The position numbers and the translations under genes are program-made. Shown piece after piece: positions 7,909-16,977 of a stretch of DNA of 64,000 nt (its first letter is position 1; every line of letters starts with the position of its first letter). The stretch spans positions 1,115 to 65,114 of the forward strand of contig JBBQNM010000004.1 in the NCBI GenBank assembly GCA_038329895.1, written 5' to 3'. The notes beneath the pieces are model-generated. The model ran no database searches, had not been told where the DNA came from, and worked only from the letters and a program-made list of their open reading frames with translations. The DNA comes from Solirubrobacterales bacterium. Lineage in GTDB: Bacteria; Actinomycetota; Thermoleophilia; Solirubrobacterales; 70-9.

Positions 7909-8982
7909 ATGAGTCGATTGGGGATACGGCCGGGGCCGCTGGTCTGCGCGCTCGGGTTGCTGGTGATCCTGGCGCTCGCGTCGGCGGCGCAGGCCCGGCG
8001 GACGCCGCTGATCGCCGCCGCGGGCGACATAGCCTGCGGTCCCAACAACCCCCGCTTTAACTCGGGGTTCGGCACTTTCAACAGCTGCCAGGAGCTCTTG
8101 ACCTCGAACCTGCTCGCCGGCCGATCGCTCTCGGCGGTGCTGGCACTCGGGGACCTGCAATACGACGACAACGGCTCGCTGGACAGCTTTCTCGACTCCT
8201 ACCAGCCCACCTGGGGACGCTGGCATGCCGCCAGCCATCCGGTGATCGGCAACCACGAGTACGACGACGGCCAGGGTGCGCAGGGCTACTGGGACTACTG
8301 GGACGGGGTCGGGGTCGGCGACGGCGCGGCTGGCGTGCGCGGACAGGGGTGGTACTCCTACAATCTCGGCTCCTGGCACCTCGTGGCGCTCAACTCCAAT
8401 TGCGACGAAGTCTCCTGCCGCGGCAACTCGCGGCAGCTGAGATGGCTGCGACAGGACCTTCGCGAGCACCCGCGCCGCTGCGTGCTCGCTTACATGCACC
8501 ATCCGCACTTCTCGTCCGGGCTGTTCGAGGAGCACGGGAACACGCGCTCGCTGTGGAAGGCGCTCTATCGCGGCCGGGCCGACGTGGTACTCAACGGACA
8601 CGAGCACATCTACGAGCGCTTCGCGCCGCAGCGACCGAGCGGCATCGTCGATCACAAGCGCGGCATCAGCCAGTTCACGGTCGGCACCGGGGGTTATTTC
8701 CTCTTTCCGATCGCTTCGCCGCGTGTGCCGCACAGCCAGTTCGCCTACAACCAGGACTTCGGTGTGCTGTTCATGAGCCTCGGTTTCAAGCGCTACGGAT
8801 GGTCGTTCGTGGACGTCTTCGGTCACACGATCGACCACGGCACGCGCCGCTGCCATCGCGAGAAGCCGCCCAAGCGGCGCCACCACAGGCATCACCATCA
8901 CCATCGGCACGGCGGCGGCGGCGGGGGTAACAACGGAGGCGGTCAGCGGCCCGCCGACGCCGCGCGCCGCCGGTCTGGTTAG
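7909..8982 (+). CDS. secreted calcineurin-like metallophosphoesterase with C-terminal His/Gly-rich tail
   Basis: Signal peptide ...LALASAAQA. Metallophosphoesterase blocks AAGDIAC, LGDLQYD, GNHEY, MHHP and GHEHIYER. Tail HHRHHHHHRHGGGGGGNNGGG. Confidence 0.8.
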   Translation: MSRLGIRPGPLVCALGLLVILALASAAQARRTPLIAAAGDIACGPNNPRFNSGFGTFNSCQELLTSNLLAGRSLSAVLALGDLQYDDNGSLDSFLDSYQPTWGRWHAASHPVIGNHEYDDGQGAQGYWDYWDGVGVGDGAAGVRGQGWYSYNLGSWHLVALNSNCDEVSCRGNSRQLRWLRQDLREHPRRCVLAYMHHPHFSSGLFEEHGNTRSLWKALYRGRADVVLNGHEHIYERFAPQRPSGIVDHKRGISQFTVGTGGYFLFPIASPRVPHSQFAYNQDFGVLFMSLGFKRYGWSFVDVFGHTIDHGTRRCHREKPPKRRHHRHHHHHRHGGGGGGNNGGGQRPADAARRRSG

Positions 8983-9018
8983 ACTGCCGCCGGCATTCAA
9001 CCGAGGAGGTTCGACGCT

Positions 9019-9762
9019 GTGCAGGATCGAGGACTCGCTGCCTACATCGCTGAGCTAGTCGGCACCCTATTTCTGGTCTTCTTCATCACCAGCGCCGTCA
9101 CCCTGTTCGTGGCGACCGGAAACCAGGCCCAGTTCGGCTCCGACTTCGCCGTCATCGGTCTCGTCCATGCATTTCTGCTCTTCGGTCTGATCTTGATCTT
9201 CGGACCTGTCAGCGGGGGTCACTTCAACCCCGCGGTGACAGTGGCGGTTGCGGCAATCCGCAGGATCGACCCGATCGACGCCGTCATCTACATCCTCGCC
9301 CAGCTGTCCGGCGCCGTGCTCGGTGCGCTGCTGACCAAGGCCCTGCTGGTCGATGAGGGGCGGGCCGGTCACTACGGCGCCGTCCAGGTCAGCTCTCTGC
9401 TCGGCTCGAAGCTCCAGGGCTTCGTCGTCGAGGGCATCGGCGCCCTGGTGTTGGTCCTGGCGGTGCTGGTCGTGGCGCTCGGAACGCGCTCGGCGAAGGA
9501 ATGGGCCCCGCTCGGCATTGGGGCGACGCTCGGATTCGCGGTGATGGTCACCGGTCCACTCGCCGGTGGTTCGCTGAACCCGGCCCGCTGGTTCGGACCG
9601 GCGCTGGTCAGCAACCACTGGGGTGGCGTCTGGCCGTATGTGCTCGGCCCACTGGTTGCGGCATTGATCGGCGCTGTGCTGTTCCGCTTCGTGATCGAGG
9701 CTGGCGAGAAGGTCTCCCCGCCAATTCCCGGTCAGGGCGGCAGGCAAGGGCCCAACACCTAG
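9019..9762 (+). CDS. MIP-family channel (aquaporin/glycerol facilitator-like)
   Basis: Two NPA boxes (GGHFNPAVT and GGSLNPARW) and six hydrophobic segments. GTG start preceded by GAGGAGG. Confidence 0.9.
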   Translation: MQDRGLAAYIAELVGTLFLVFFITSAVTLFVATGNQAQFGSDFAVIGLVHAFLLFGLILIFGPVSGGHFNPAVTVAVAAIRRIDPIDAVIYILAQLSGAVLGALLTKALLVDEGRAGHYGAVQVSSLLGSKLQGFVVEGIGALVLVLAVLVVALGTRSAKEWAPLGIGATLGFAVMVTGPLAGGSLNPARWFGPALVSNHWGGVWPYVLGPLVAALIGAVLFRFVIEAGEKVSPPIPGQGGRQGPNT

Positions 9763-9795
9763 GGGCGACGCCCGCCGTGCGGTAGCGTCCCCGGC

Positions 9796-12048
9796 GTGCG
9801 CCGGGTCACCTTCTCGCGCAATTACACGCTGTCGCTCTCGCGCACCTGCCAGTGCTACTGCAAGTACTGCGCCTTCGCAACGCATCGCGCCCACATCTAC
9901 GCACCCGACGAGGTCGAGCAGCGCCTCGATGAGGCGCTGCGACATAACTGCAAGGAGCTGCTGGTCCTCACCGGCGAGCGGCCGGAGGTAAACGACGAAG
10001 TCGCGGACCGGTTGCGCTCCTGGGGCCATCCGGACTTCACGTCCTATGTCGTCTGGACCTGCGAGCGGGGGCTGGAGCGGGGACTGCTTCCCCACACCAA
10101 TGTCGGGGTCCTCGACCGCGGCGACCTGCTGCGGCTGCGCGAGGCCACCGCGTCCCAGGGGCTGATGCTGGAGTCGGTCTCCGAGCGGCTGATGGAGACT
10201 GTCCACGCCGGCTCTCCAACCAAACACCCAGCGCGGCGGCTGGAGATGATCGATGCTGCCGGCGATCTGCGGGTCCCGTTCACGAGCGGGATCCTGGTCG
10301 GGATCGGCGAGACCGAGGAGGAGCGGATCGCGTCGCTGGAGGCGCTCGCCGAGCTGCAGGCCCGCCACGGCCACATCCAGGAAGTGATCCTGCAGAACTA
10401 CGTGCCGCACCCGCGGTACTACGGCAGGGAGGTTGCGGACATAGCTGATGCCGCTGCCAGCCGCCGTTGGAATGAGGACAGTTCCTCGTTCCTTGTTCCT
10501 CGTTCCTCGGCCGAAGCCCAAGCCCCAAGTAACAAGGAACAAGCAACAAGTAACTCAGAGCCGGTTCCAGCTTGGGCCTCCCCGATCACGCTCGAGGACA
10601 TGAAGCGCCTCGTCTCCGAGTGCAAACGTTTGATGCCCGACGTCGGGATCCAGGTGCCGCCGAACCTCTCGGACTGGTGGTCGGAGCTGGTCGAGGCAGG
10701 TGCCACCGATCTCGGCGGCCTGTCGGCAAACGGCGACCACATCTCGCCCGAGCACGCCTTCCCCAGTCCCCACCAGGTGCGAAAGGAGCTTGCGCCGCGC
10801 GGCTTCGCGCTCACCGAGCGCCTCTGCGTCTACCCTCAATTCCTCGAGCCAGAGTGGATGGAGCAGGGGGTGCTGGACTTGGTGAAGCTGAAGTACTGGA
10901 GCTTCATCCCGCGCCGCGGCTCCGGTCGCCGTCGCGAGGAGACGCTCGATCCGGGCCTCGCCCCGAAGGCGATCGCCAAGGGGCGCGAGGGAAAGCAGCT
11001 CTCGGAGGACGAGCTGACGGCGCTGTTCGCCGAGACCCGCCCCGAGGTGATCGAGGAGATGCGGCTGGCCGCCGACGAGCTGCGGGCCGAGCTTGCCGGG
11101 GATCAAGCGACCTTCGTCGTCAACCGCAACATCAACTTCACCAACATCTGCATCGTCGGATGCGCGTTCTGCGGCTTCGGCCAGGGCAAGCGCTCGCCCG
11201 ACGCCTACCACGTGGAGGAGGAGGACTTCGTCGCCAGGGTGGAGGAGGCGGTCGAGTTCGGCGCCACGGAGATCTGCATGCAGGCCGGCATCCACCCCGA
11301 CTACACGCTCGAGGACTACGGGCGCTGGCTTCGTCTCGCCAAGCAGGTGGCGCCGCAGATCCACCTGCACGCCTACTCCCCGATGGAGATCGAGTTCATG
11401 TGCGAGCGATCCGGCCGTGAACCGGAGTCGGTCTTCGAGTACCTGATCGAGTGCGGCCTGGGGTCGACGCCGGGCACTGCCGCCGAGGTGCTCGACGACG
11501 GGGTGCGCCAGCGGATCTCCCCCAACAAGCTGCCGGTCGAGCGCTGGGTGCGGATCATCGAGGCCTCGCATCGGGTCGGATTGCGCTCCACCTCGACCGT
11601 GATGTTCGGCCACATCGAGGAGCCGCGCGAGCTGGCCCGCCACATGAAGGTCGTGCGGGCGCTGCAGGAGCGAACTGGAGGCATCACCGAGTTCGTGCCG
11701 CTCAGCTTCATCCCCTTCCAGACGCTGCTCGGCCGCACGCACGGGATCGAGGAGATCGGGCGCGACGAGAATCTCAAGCACACCGCCGCCTTCCGCCTGG
11801 CGCTCGGCCGCACGATCCCCAACCTGCAGGCGAGCTGGGTGAAGATGGGCCTCGAAGCCGCAACCGAGAGCCTGCGATGGGGGGTCAACGACCTCGGCGG
11901 CACGCTGATGGAGGAGAACATCTCGCGAATGGCGGGTTCTCATCACGGCGTGCGGCTGGAGCCGCAGCAGCTGATCGAGGCGGCGCGGGCCGCGGGACGC
12001 CAGCCGGCACAGCGCACGACGCTCTACGAGATCATCGAGACGTATTGA
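9796..12048 (+). CDS. fbiC: bifunctional FO synthase (7,8-didemethyl-8-hydroxy-5-deazariboflavin synthase, CofG+CofH fusion)
   Basis: Two radical-SAM cysteine triads (CQCYCKYCAF and CIVGCAFCGF) in a 750-aa two-domain protein with CofG-like and CofH-like halves. Confidence 0.9.
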   Translation: MRRVTFSRNYTLSLSRTCQCYCKYCAFATHRAHIYAPDEVEQRLDEALRHNCKELLVLTGERPEVNDEVADRLRSWGHPDFTSYVVWTCERGLERGLLPHTNVGVLDRGDLLRLREATASQGLMLESVSERLMETVHAGSPTKHPARRLEMIDAAGDLRVPFTSGILVGIGETEEERIASLEALAELQARHGHIQEVILQNYVPHPRYYGREVADIADAAASRRWNEDSSSFLVPRSSAEAQAPSNKEQATSNSEPVPAWASPITLEDMKRLVSECKRLMPDVGIQVPPNLSDWWSELVEAGATDLGGLSANGDHISPEHAFPSPHQVRKELAPRGFALTERLCVYPQFLEPEWMEQGVLDLVKLKYWSFIPRRGSGRRREETLDPGLAPKAIAKGREGKQLSEDELTALFAETRPEVIEEMRLAADELRAELAGDQATFVVNRNINFTNICIVGCAFCGFGQGKRSPDAYHVEEEDFVARVEEAVEFGATEICMQAGIHPDYTLEDYGRWLRLAKQVAPQIHLHAYSPMEIEFMCERSGREPESVFEYLIECGLGSTPGTAAEVLDDGVRQRISPNKLPVERWVRIIEASHRVGLRSTSTVMFGHIEEPRELARHMKVVRALQERTGGITEFVPLSFIPFQTLLGRTHGIEEIGRDENLKHTAAFRLALGRTIPNLQASWVKMGLEAATESLRWGVNDLGGTLMEENISRMAGSHHGVRLEPQQLIEAARAAGRQPAQRTTLYEIIETY
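10481..10554. repeat. inverted arrays of tandem heptamers inside the fbiC interdomain linker
   Basis: (GTTCCTY)x4 at 10481-10508, an 18-nt spacer, then (AAGNAAC)x4 at 10527-10554, the reverse complement of GTTNCTT. Local GC is clearly lower than the rest of the gene. Confidence 0.7.
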
Positions 12049-12061
12049 TTGCGGTGGCTTC

Positions 12062-12099
12062 GCCGCCTGACATGCACGTGCCGCGGCGCAACGCCGCGG
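12062..12099. repeat. intergenic element with CCTGACATGCACGTGCCG motif (copy 3 of 3)
   Basis: CCTGACATG at 12066-12074 followed by hairpin CCGCGGCG-CAA-CGCCGCGG (12081-12099). The same stem sequence occurs in copy 1. Confidence 0.45.
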
Positions 12100-12229
12100 C
12101 CAACGTCTTTAGCGCGGAAGCGCACGAAGCGCCTAGCCGTCAATCTCTTTAACCGATCGCAAAATGCGGGTTTATGCTGGGAGCAATGCTGTCTCCGTTT
12201 GAGGCGGCGACCAGAGGAAGGAACGGAGT

Positions 12230-12421
12230 ATGGGCGACGCAATCCGCATAGAGCAACGACTGCTCGACCTGTTCGCGGGCCGGAGTCGCAAGGAGGGACC
12301 AAAGCAGCCCGATCGCCAGTCGCCACGCGAGATGGAGCGGCGGGCCGTCGAGCGCTTGTACGGCGGCCACCCGAGCGTTGTCGTGCGCACCGAGCGGGAA
12401 GCGGGAGATAAGGGCAGCTAG
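12230..12421 (+). CDS. small hypothetical protein (63 aa), weakly supported
   Basis: ATG preceded by GGAAGGAACGGAG. Mostly G/C third positions. No motif. Confidence 0.3.
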   Translation: MGDAIRIEQRLLDLFAGRSRKEGPKQPDRQSPREMERRAVERLYGGHPSVVVRTEREAGDKGS

Positions 12422-12469
12422 CCCGGCTTTCGGTCCGCGGCGCCCGGCGGTTGCCGCGACAATCAACTT

Positions 12470-13465
12470 GTGGACGCGATGGTGCTCGAGCAGCAGCGGC
12501 AGCCGCTGCGCCACGCCGACCTCCCGGTCCCCGAGCCCGGTCCGGGCCAGGTGCTGGTCGGCGTTCATACCTGCGGGGTCTGCCGCACCGACCTGCACGT
12601 CGTCGATGGTGACCTGACCGAGCCGAAGCTTCCGCTGGTGCCGGGGCATCAGATCGTCGGCACGGTCGAGCGCGCGGGGGAGGGTGCCGAGCGGTTCGCG
12701 GTGGGCGACCGGGTCGGCGTGCCGTGGCTCGGCTGGACCGACGGCGAGTGCCGCTACTGCCGCTCCGGCCGCGAGAACCTCTGCGACCGGGCGCGCTTCA
12801 CCGGCTACGACACCGATGGCGGCTACGCCGAAGCGGCGGTTGCCGACGAGCGCTTCTGCTTTCCGATCCCCGACGACTATCCGGACCTGCAGGCGGCCCC
12901 GCTGCTCTGCGCCGGTCTGATCGGCTACCGGGCGTTGCGCCTCTGCGGGGACGACGCGGAGCGAATCGGCTTCTACGGATTCGGCGCCTCAGCGCACATC
13001 CTCTGCCAGGTCGCCGCCCATCAGGGAAGGCGGGTCTTCGCCTTCACTCGGGCCGGCGATTCCGAAGGCCAGCACTTCGCGCGCCGGGTTGGCGCAGAGT
13101 GGGCTGGAGCGGTCGAGGATCAAGCCCCTGAGCTGATCGACGCGGCGATCATCTTCGCGCCGGTCGGTGAGCTGGTCCCGGCGGCGCTGCGGGCGAGCGC
13201 CAAGGGGGCGACGATCGTCTGCGCGGGGATCCACATGAGCGACATCCCCGAGTTTCCCTACGAGATTCTCTGGGGCGAGCGAGCCGTGCGCTCGGTTGCC
13301 AACCTGACCCGGCGCGACGGAGAGGAGTTTCTGGAGCTGGCGCCCCGGGTCCCGGTGCGCACGGAAGTCCAGGTCTATCCGCTCCAGGACGCCAATACAG
13401 CGCTCGACGACCTGCGCGCAGGTAGGCTTGCGGGAGCAGCGGTTCTGAGCGTGACCGATGGCTGA
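12470..13465 (+). CDS. zinc-dependent alcohol dehydrogenase family oxidoreductase
   Basis: GVCRTDLHVVDG catalytic-Zn motif and a structural Zn Cys cluster (CRYCRSGRENLC). GTG at 12470, alternative ATG at 12479. Confidence 0.85.
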   Translation: MDAMVLEQQRQPLRHADLPVPEPGPGQVLVGVHTCGVCRTDLHVVDGDLTEPKLPLVPGHQIVGTVERAGEGAERFAVGDRVGVPWLGWTDGECRYCRSGRENLCDRARFTGYDTDGGYAEAAVADERFCFPIPDDYPDLQAAPLLCAGLIGYRALRLCGDDAERIGFYGFGASAHILCQVAAHQGRRVFAFTRAGDSEGQHFARRVGAEWAGAVEDQAPELIDAAIIFAPVGELVPAALRASAKGATIVCAGIHMSDIPEFPYEILWGERAVRSVANLTRRDGEEFLELAPRVPVRTEVQVYPLQDANTALDDLRAGRLAGAAVLSVTDG

Positions 13466-13874
13466 CGTCACCGTAAAGAGGCTTGAGGAGTTCGAGGCCG
13501 TGTTCGGCGGCGGAATGCGCCGCGTCCGGGCCGGCCTCGGTGTGACCTCGTTCGGGATGCAGGTGATCGAGCTGCCGCCCGACTTCTCGATGTACCCCTC
13601 CCATGATCACTCCCACGACGAGCAGGAGGAGGTCTACCTGACGCTCGGCGGCAGGGCGACGCTGCAGGTCGGGGAGGAGGAGTTTTCGCTGGAGCCTGGA
13701 GTCTTCGCCCGCGTCGGCCCCGGGCAGCTACGCAAGTTGGTGACCGGCGACGACGGCGCCCGCATCCTCTGCCTCGGCGGCAACCCGGGGCAGGCCTACG
13801 AGCCGCCGGACTGGACCGAAGAGGGGGGCGCGCTTCCCCCGATGCCGGACAAGGAACAGGCGCCGACCGCCTAA
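13458..13874 (+). CDS. cupin-domain protein
   Basis: PSHDHSHDEQEEVYLTLGG...FARVGPG two-motif cupin pattern. 8-nt overlap with the preceding gene. Confidence 0.7.
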   Translation: MADVTVKRLEEFEAVFGGGMRRVRAGLGVTSFGMQVIELPPDFSMYPSHDHSHDEQEEVYLTLGGRATLQVGEEEFSLEPGVFARVGPGQLRKLVTGDDGARILCLGGNPGQAYEPPDWTEEGGALPPMPDKEQAPTA

Positions 13875-13889
13875 CAGGGCGCCGACCGC

Positions 13890-14639
13890 CTAGCGGAATA
13901 GGTCCTCTTCGCGGGAGCGTCGCAGCACCGCGGCGCCCGGACCGTCGTCTTCGGTCACCTGGCGTTCCAGGCCCCGGACGATCGCTGCCGGCACGCCGCT
14001 GGCCTTGTCGCGGACCAGGTCGGCTGCTGCTGCCGCCTCGTCGGCGATCGCGATCGCAGTGACCGTCAGCGTGCGCCCGCCGGCGTCGGCACGTCCGCGC
14101 CAGTCGTCGAGGGGGCGCAGGCCCGCGCAGCCGATCGCCACCTCGTACTGGCCATGTCGCCACGCCCGGCCGAAGCTGTCCGAAACCACCACGGCCACCG
14201 ACGCGCCGCTCGACTCCGTGAGCTCGGCACGGATGTGGCGGGCCGATGCATCTGGATCCAGCGGCAGCAGCGCGGCGGAGCCCTGGGGGACGTTCGATGT
14301 GTCGACTCCGGCGTTCGCGCAGACCAGCCCATGTCGCGTTTCGCAGATCAGCACGCCGCGCTCGGCGCGGATGACCTCGCGGCACTCGTCGAGCACCAGC
14401 TGCACGATCGCCGTGTCCTTGCCCAGCTCGGCCGCGAGTTCCTGGGCACGCTCGGAGGGTTTGACTTCGGAAAGCTGCACCACGCGGCTCTCCGCCTTCG
14501 AGACCACCTTCTGCGAGACCACCACGACGTCACCCTGCTCGAGGTCCGTCCGGGCGGCGATCAGCTCCCCCAGCCGGTCGCCTTGTTCGATCTCGGGCAG
14601 CCCCTCGACCGGCAATACCCGGAGCTCCCTCGTGCTCAC
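13890..14639 (-). CDS. cofE: coenzyme F420-0:L-glutamate ligase, single-domain CofE type
   Basis: VVVVSQKVVSKAE, VCANAGVDTSNV and VVSDSFGRAWRHG blocks. GTG at 14639 preceded by GAGGGGG. The tracked TTG at 14672 is less likely. Confidence 0.85.
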   Translation of the reverse strand: MSTRELRVLPVEGLPEIEQGDRLGELIAARTDLEQGDVVVVSQKVVSKAESRVVQLSEVKPSERAQELAAELGKDTAIVQLVLDECREVIRAERGVLICETRHGLVCANAGVDTSNVPQGSAALLPLDPDASARHIRAELTESSGASVAVVVSDSFGRAWRHGQYEVAIGCAGLRPLDDWRGRADAGGRTLTVTAIAIADEAAAAADLVRDKASGVPAAIVRGLERQVTEDDGPGAAVLRRSREEDLFR

Positions 14640-14694
14640 AGCCCCCTCGGTTCGCGCTCGGCCCGGCACCAAGCTCCTTGGTAGAGCCTCGCGC

Positions 14695-15342
14695 TCACAG
14701 CCCCAGCACCCGAGCCGTGTGGACGGCCCGCCCGCGGCCCGCTTCGAGTGTCGTCGTCAAGGCGACCAGGTCGGCTGGGGTGTCGAGGTCGAGGGCGAGC
14801 GAGTCCAAACGCTCGACCCCGTGCGGAAGGCCTGCCGCCCGAGCGGCTTCGAGATGGCGCTCGCAACTTCCCTCTCCGAATGCCGGGCGGATCGCGTTCG
14901 GGGGGCGCAGCAGCAGGGCGTTGGTGCCGGTCCCGTGGCGATCGGGGACGATCGCCACGTAGGGGTCCGGCACGGCGGTGAGCAGGCGGTCGAGGTCGCG
15001 CGGGTCGAGCAGCGGGCAGTCACCGGGCACCAGCACCACGCAGGATGCGGCGGCGGCCTGCGCTTCACCGATCCCAATCAGGGCGGCCTCGGGGTGTCCC
15101 TCGTCGCCGGAGTCTGAGACCACGTCTGCGCCCCCATCGCCCGCGATCTGCTGCGCGGCGGGCTCGCCGCTGACGACGATCGTCCGGTCGATCATCCGCG
15201 CAGCGCCGATCGCCTCGAGGACGTCTTTCAGCATCGCGGCGACCAGCGCATGGCGGCGGTCCTCGTCGATGCCGACACCCAGCCGCTGCTTGGCGGCGTC
15301 GAAACGCTTCACCGGCAGGACCGCGGTCGCCTTAGAATTCAT
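14695..15342 (-). CDS. cofC: 2-phospho-L-lactate (or PEP) guanylyltransferase CofC/FbiD
   Basis: AVLPVKRFDAAKQRL N-terminus, LVPGDCPLL and GTGTNALL blocks. 4-nt overlap with cofD. Confidence 0.85.
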   Translation of the reverse strand: MNSKATAVLPVKRFDAAKQRLGVGIDEDRRHALVAAMLKDVLEAIGAARMIDRTIVVSGEPAAQQIAGDGGADVVSDSGDEGHPEAALIGIGEAQAAAASCVVLVPGDCPLLDPRDLDRLLTAVPDPYVAIVPDRHGTGTNALLLRPPNAIRPAFGEGSCERHLEAARAAGLPHGVERLDSLALDLDTPADLVALTTTLEAGRGRAVHTARVLGL

Positions 15343-16265
15343 CCTCGAGCGAGGCTAGCGCCGAAGCCGAGCGCGACCCGAGCCACCCGCTTGCGGGACT
15401 TGGCGCTGTCCATGAGGATCGGCGCGGCCAGCGTCTTGATCCCCTCCGGCGGTGGGTCCGGATCGCCCCCGTCCACGACCATCCCGTCGAGCAGGCCCTC
15501 GTAGAGGCCGGCGACCCCGGCCGCCGTCGCCGGCCGGCCAAGGGCGCGCATGAACTCTTCGGTCGGGCCCTTGACGACCCGGCCCTCGACAAACGGGCTC
15601 ACCGCGACCACCGGCGCCGTCGCGGTCATGATCGCCTCCCGCATCCCGGGGACGGCGAGGATCGGCCCGATACTGATCACCGGGTTGGAGGGGCCGATCA
15701 CGATCAGCGACGCGGCCGCGATCGCCTCCGTGACCTCCGCGGTCGGTCGAGCGGAGGAGATCCCGCCCAGCTCGACGGCCTCGATCGGGAGCTCGGCCCG
15801 GTCGATGATCAGGTACTCCTGCACGTCGCGCCAGCCGGCTGGGGTCTGCACTCTCGTGCGGACCGGCTGCTCGCACATCGGCAGCACCGTCGCCTTGACC
15901 CCGACGGCGCGGGCGATCTGCTCCTGGGCGGCGGTGAGCCTCCCTCCCTCGGCGAGGAAATGGCGCCGGTAGAGGCAGGCGGCGAGGTCGCGGTCGGTGA
16001 GTGCGAACCAGTCCGGGGCGCCGAGCTTCACCAGCCGCTCGAATACGACAAGGCTGTCGTCGCGGATTCCCCAGCCCCGGTCTTCGTCGATGTCGCCGGA
16101 GAGCCAGTAGGTGATCAGGTCGGGGTCGGGGGAGACGTGCACTCCCAGAGTCTCGATGTCGTCGCCGGTGTTGGCGATCACCGAGAGGTCGGCGCCGATC
16201 CGCGCCTGCATTCCGGCGGCCAGCTTGGCGCCGCCGGTACCACCGGCAAGCAGTGCGACCTTCAT
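15339..16265 (-). CDS. cofD: 2-phospho-L-lactate transferase CofD/FbiA
   Basis: MKVALLAGGTGGAKLAAG N-terminus and IGPSNPVISIGPIL block. Confidence 0.9.
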   Translation of the reverse strand: MKVALLAGGTGGAKLAAGMQARIGADLSVIANTGDDIETLGVHVSPDPDLITYWLSGDIDEDRGWGIRDDSLVVFERLVKLGAPDWFALTDRDLAACLYRRHFLAEGGRLTAAQEQIARAVGVKATVLPMCEQPVRTRVQTPAGWRDVQEYLIIDRAELPIEAVELGGISSARPTAEVTEAIAAASLIVIGPSNPVISIGPILAVPGMREAIMTATAPVVAVSPFVEGRVVKGPTEEFMRALGRPATAAGVAGLYEGLLDGMVVDGGDPDPPPEGIKTLAAPILMDSAKSRKRVARVALGFGASLARG

Positions 16266-16269
16266 TGGT

Positions 16270-16977
16270 TCACTCGGCCCAGTGGTCCGCGCCGGGGATG
16301 CCCGTGATGCGAATCCCGGTGTGCGTCTTGTAGCGGCTGTTGATCGAGATCAGAAGCGGCGTCAGCTGCTCGACGATGCGGGCGGTCTCCAGTGCGCCGG
16401 CGTTGACCGCTCTCAGCCCCGGGATCAACTCCACCAACCGCGCCACCATCGCCTTGTCGGCCTTGCGATCGCCGCAGAGCAGCACGTCCTCGTCGAGTTC
16501 CCGTTCGAGGTCGCCGAGGACCGGCGCGCTGACGGTGTGCAGCGCCGAGACAACCGTCACGCCCTCGGGCACCATCTCCTGCGCTTGCTGGGCGGCGGAG
16601 CCCTGCCAGACCCCGAGCGAACGGGTCGCCTTGCCACTCACCGCTGCGGCAAGGGGCACCGTGCAGTCGACGAGCAGCTGGCCGGATGTCAGCGTGCCCC
16701 GAAGGTTGTTCAGGTTCTCCGACTGGGCGCGAAAGGGAACGGTGAGGAAGACGACCGGTGCCCCGCGTGCGGCCTCCTCGTTGACCAGCCCCTCGGCCTC
16801 GGCGTCCGGTACCGCCTCGGACAGCCGCGCCGCCGCTTCGGTCGCGCGCTCGGCATTGCGCGATCCGATTACGACCGGTACGCCTGCGGTCGCCCAGCGC
16901 AGCGCCAGGCCGAAGCCGAGGGCGCCGGTTCCGCCAACGATCGGGATCGGAGGCGTCGAATCGCTCGCTTGGGCCAT
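16270..16977 (-). CDS. npdG: NADPH-dependent F420 reductase (Fno/NpdG-like)
   Basis: IPIVGGTGALGFGLALRWATAGVPVVIGSR Rossmann N-terminus from ATG 16977. C-terminal ...LLISINSRYK block. The upstream 190 codons of the tracked ORF are run-on. Confidence 0.8.
   Translation of the reverse strand: MAQASDSTPPIPIVGGTGALGFGLALRWATAGVPVVIGSRNAERATEAAARLSEAVPDAEAEGLVNEEAARGAPVVFLTVPFRAQSENLNNLRGTLTSGQLLVDCTVPLAAAVSGKATRSLGVWQGSAAQQAQEMVPEGVTVVSALHTVSAPVLGDLERELDEDVLLCGDRKADKAMVARLVELIPGLRAVNAGALETARIVEQLTPLLISINSRYKTHTGIRITGIPGADHWAE

Noticed and set aside
9067-11946. Two long - strand ORFs (9067..10542 and 10555..11946)
   Set aside because: They are antisense to the aquaporin and fbiC genes, both of which have unambiguous signatures. 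They are shadow ORFs.
12149-12649. 166-aa - strand ORF upstream of the alcohol dehydrogenase
   Set aside because: It overlaps the alcohol dehydrogenase start antisense and has no motifs or SD.
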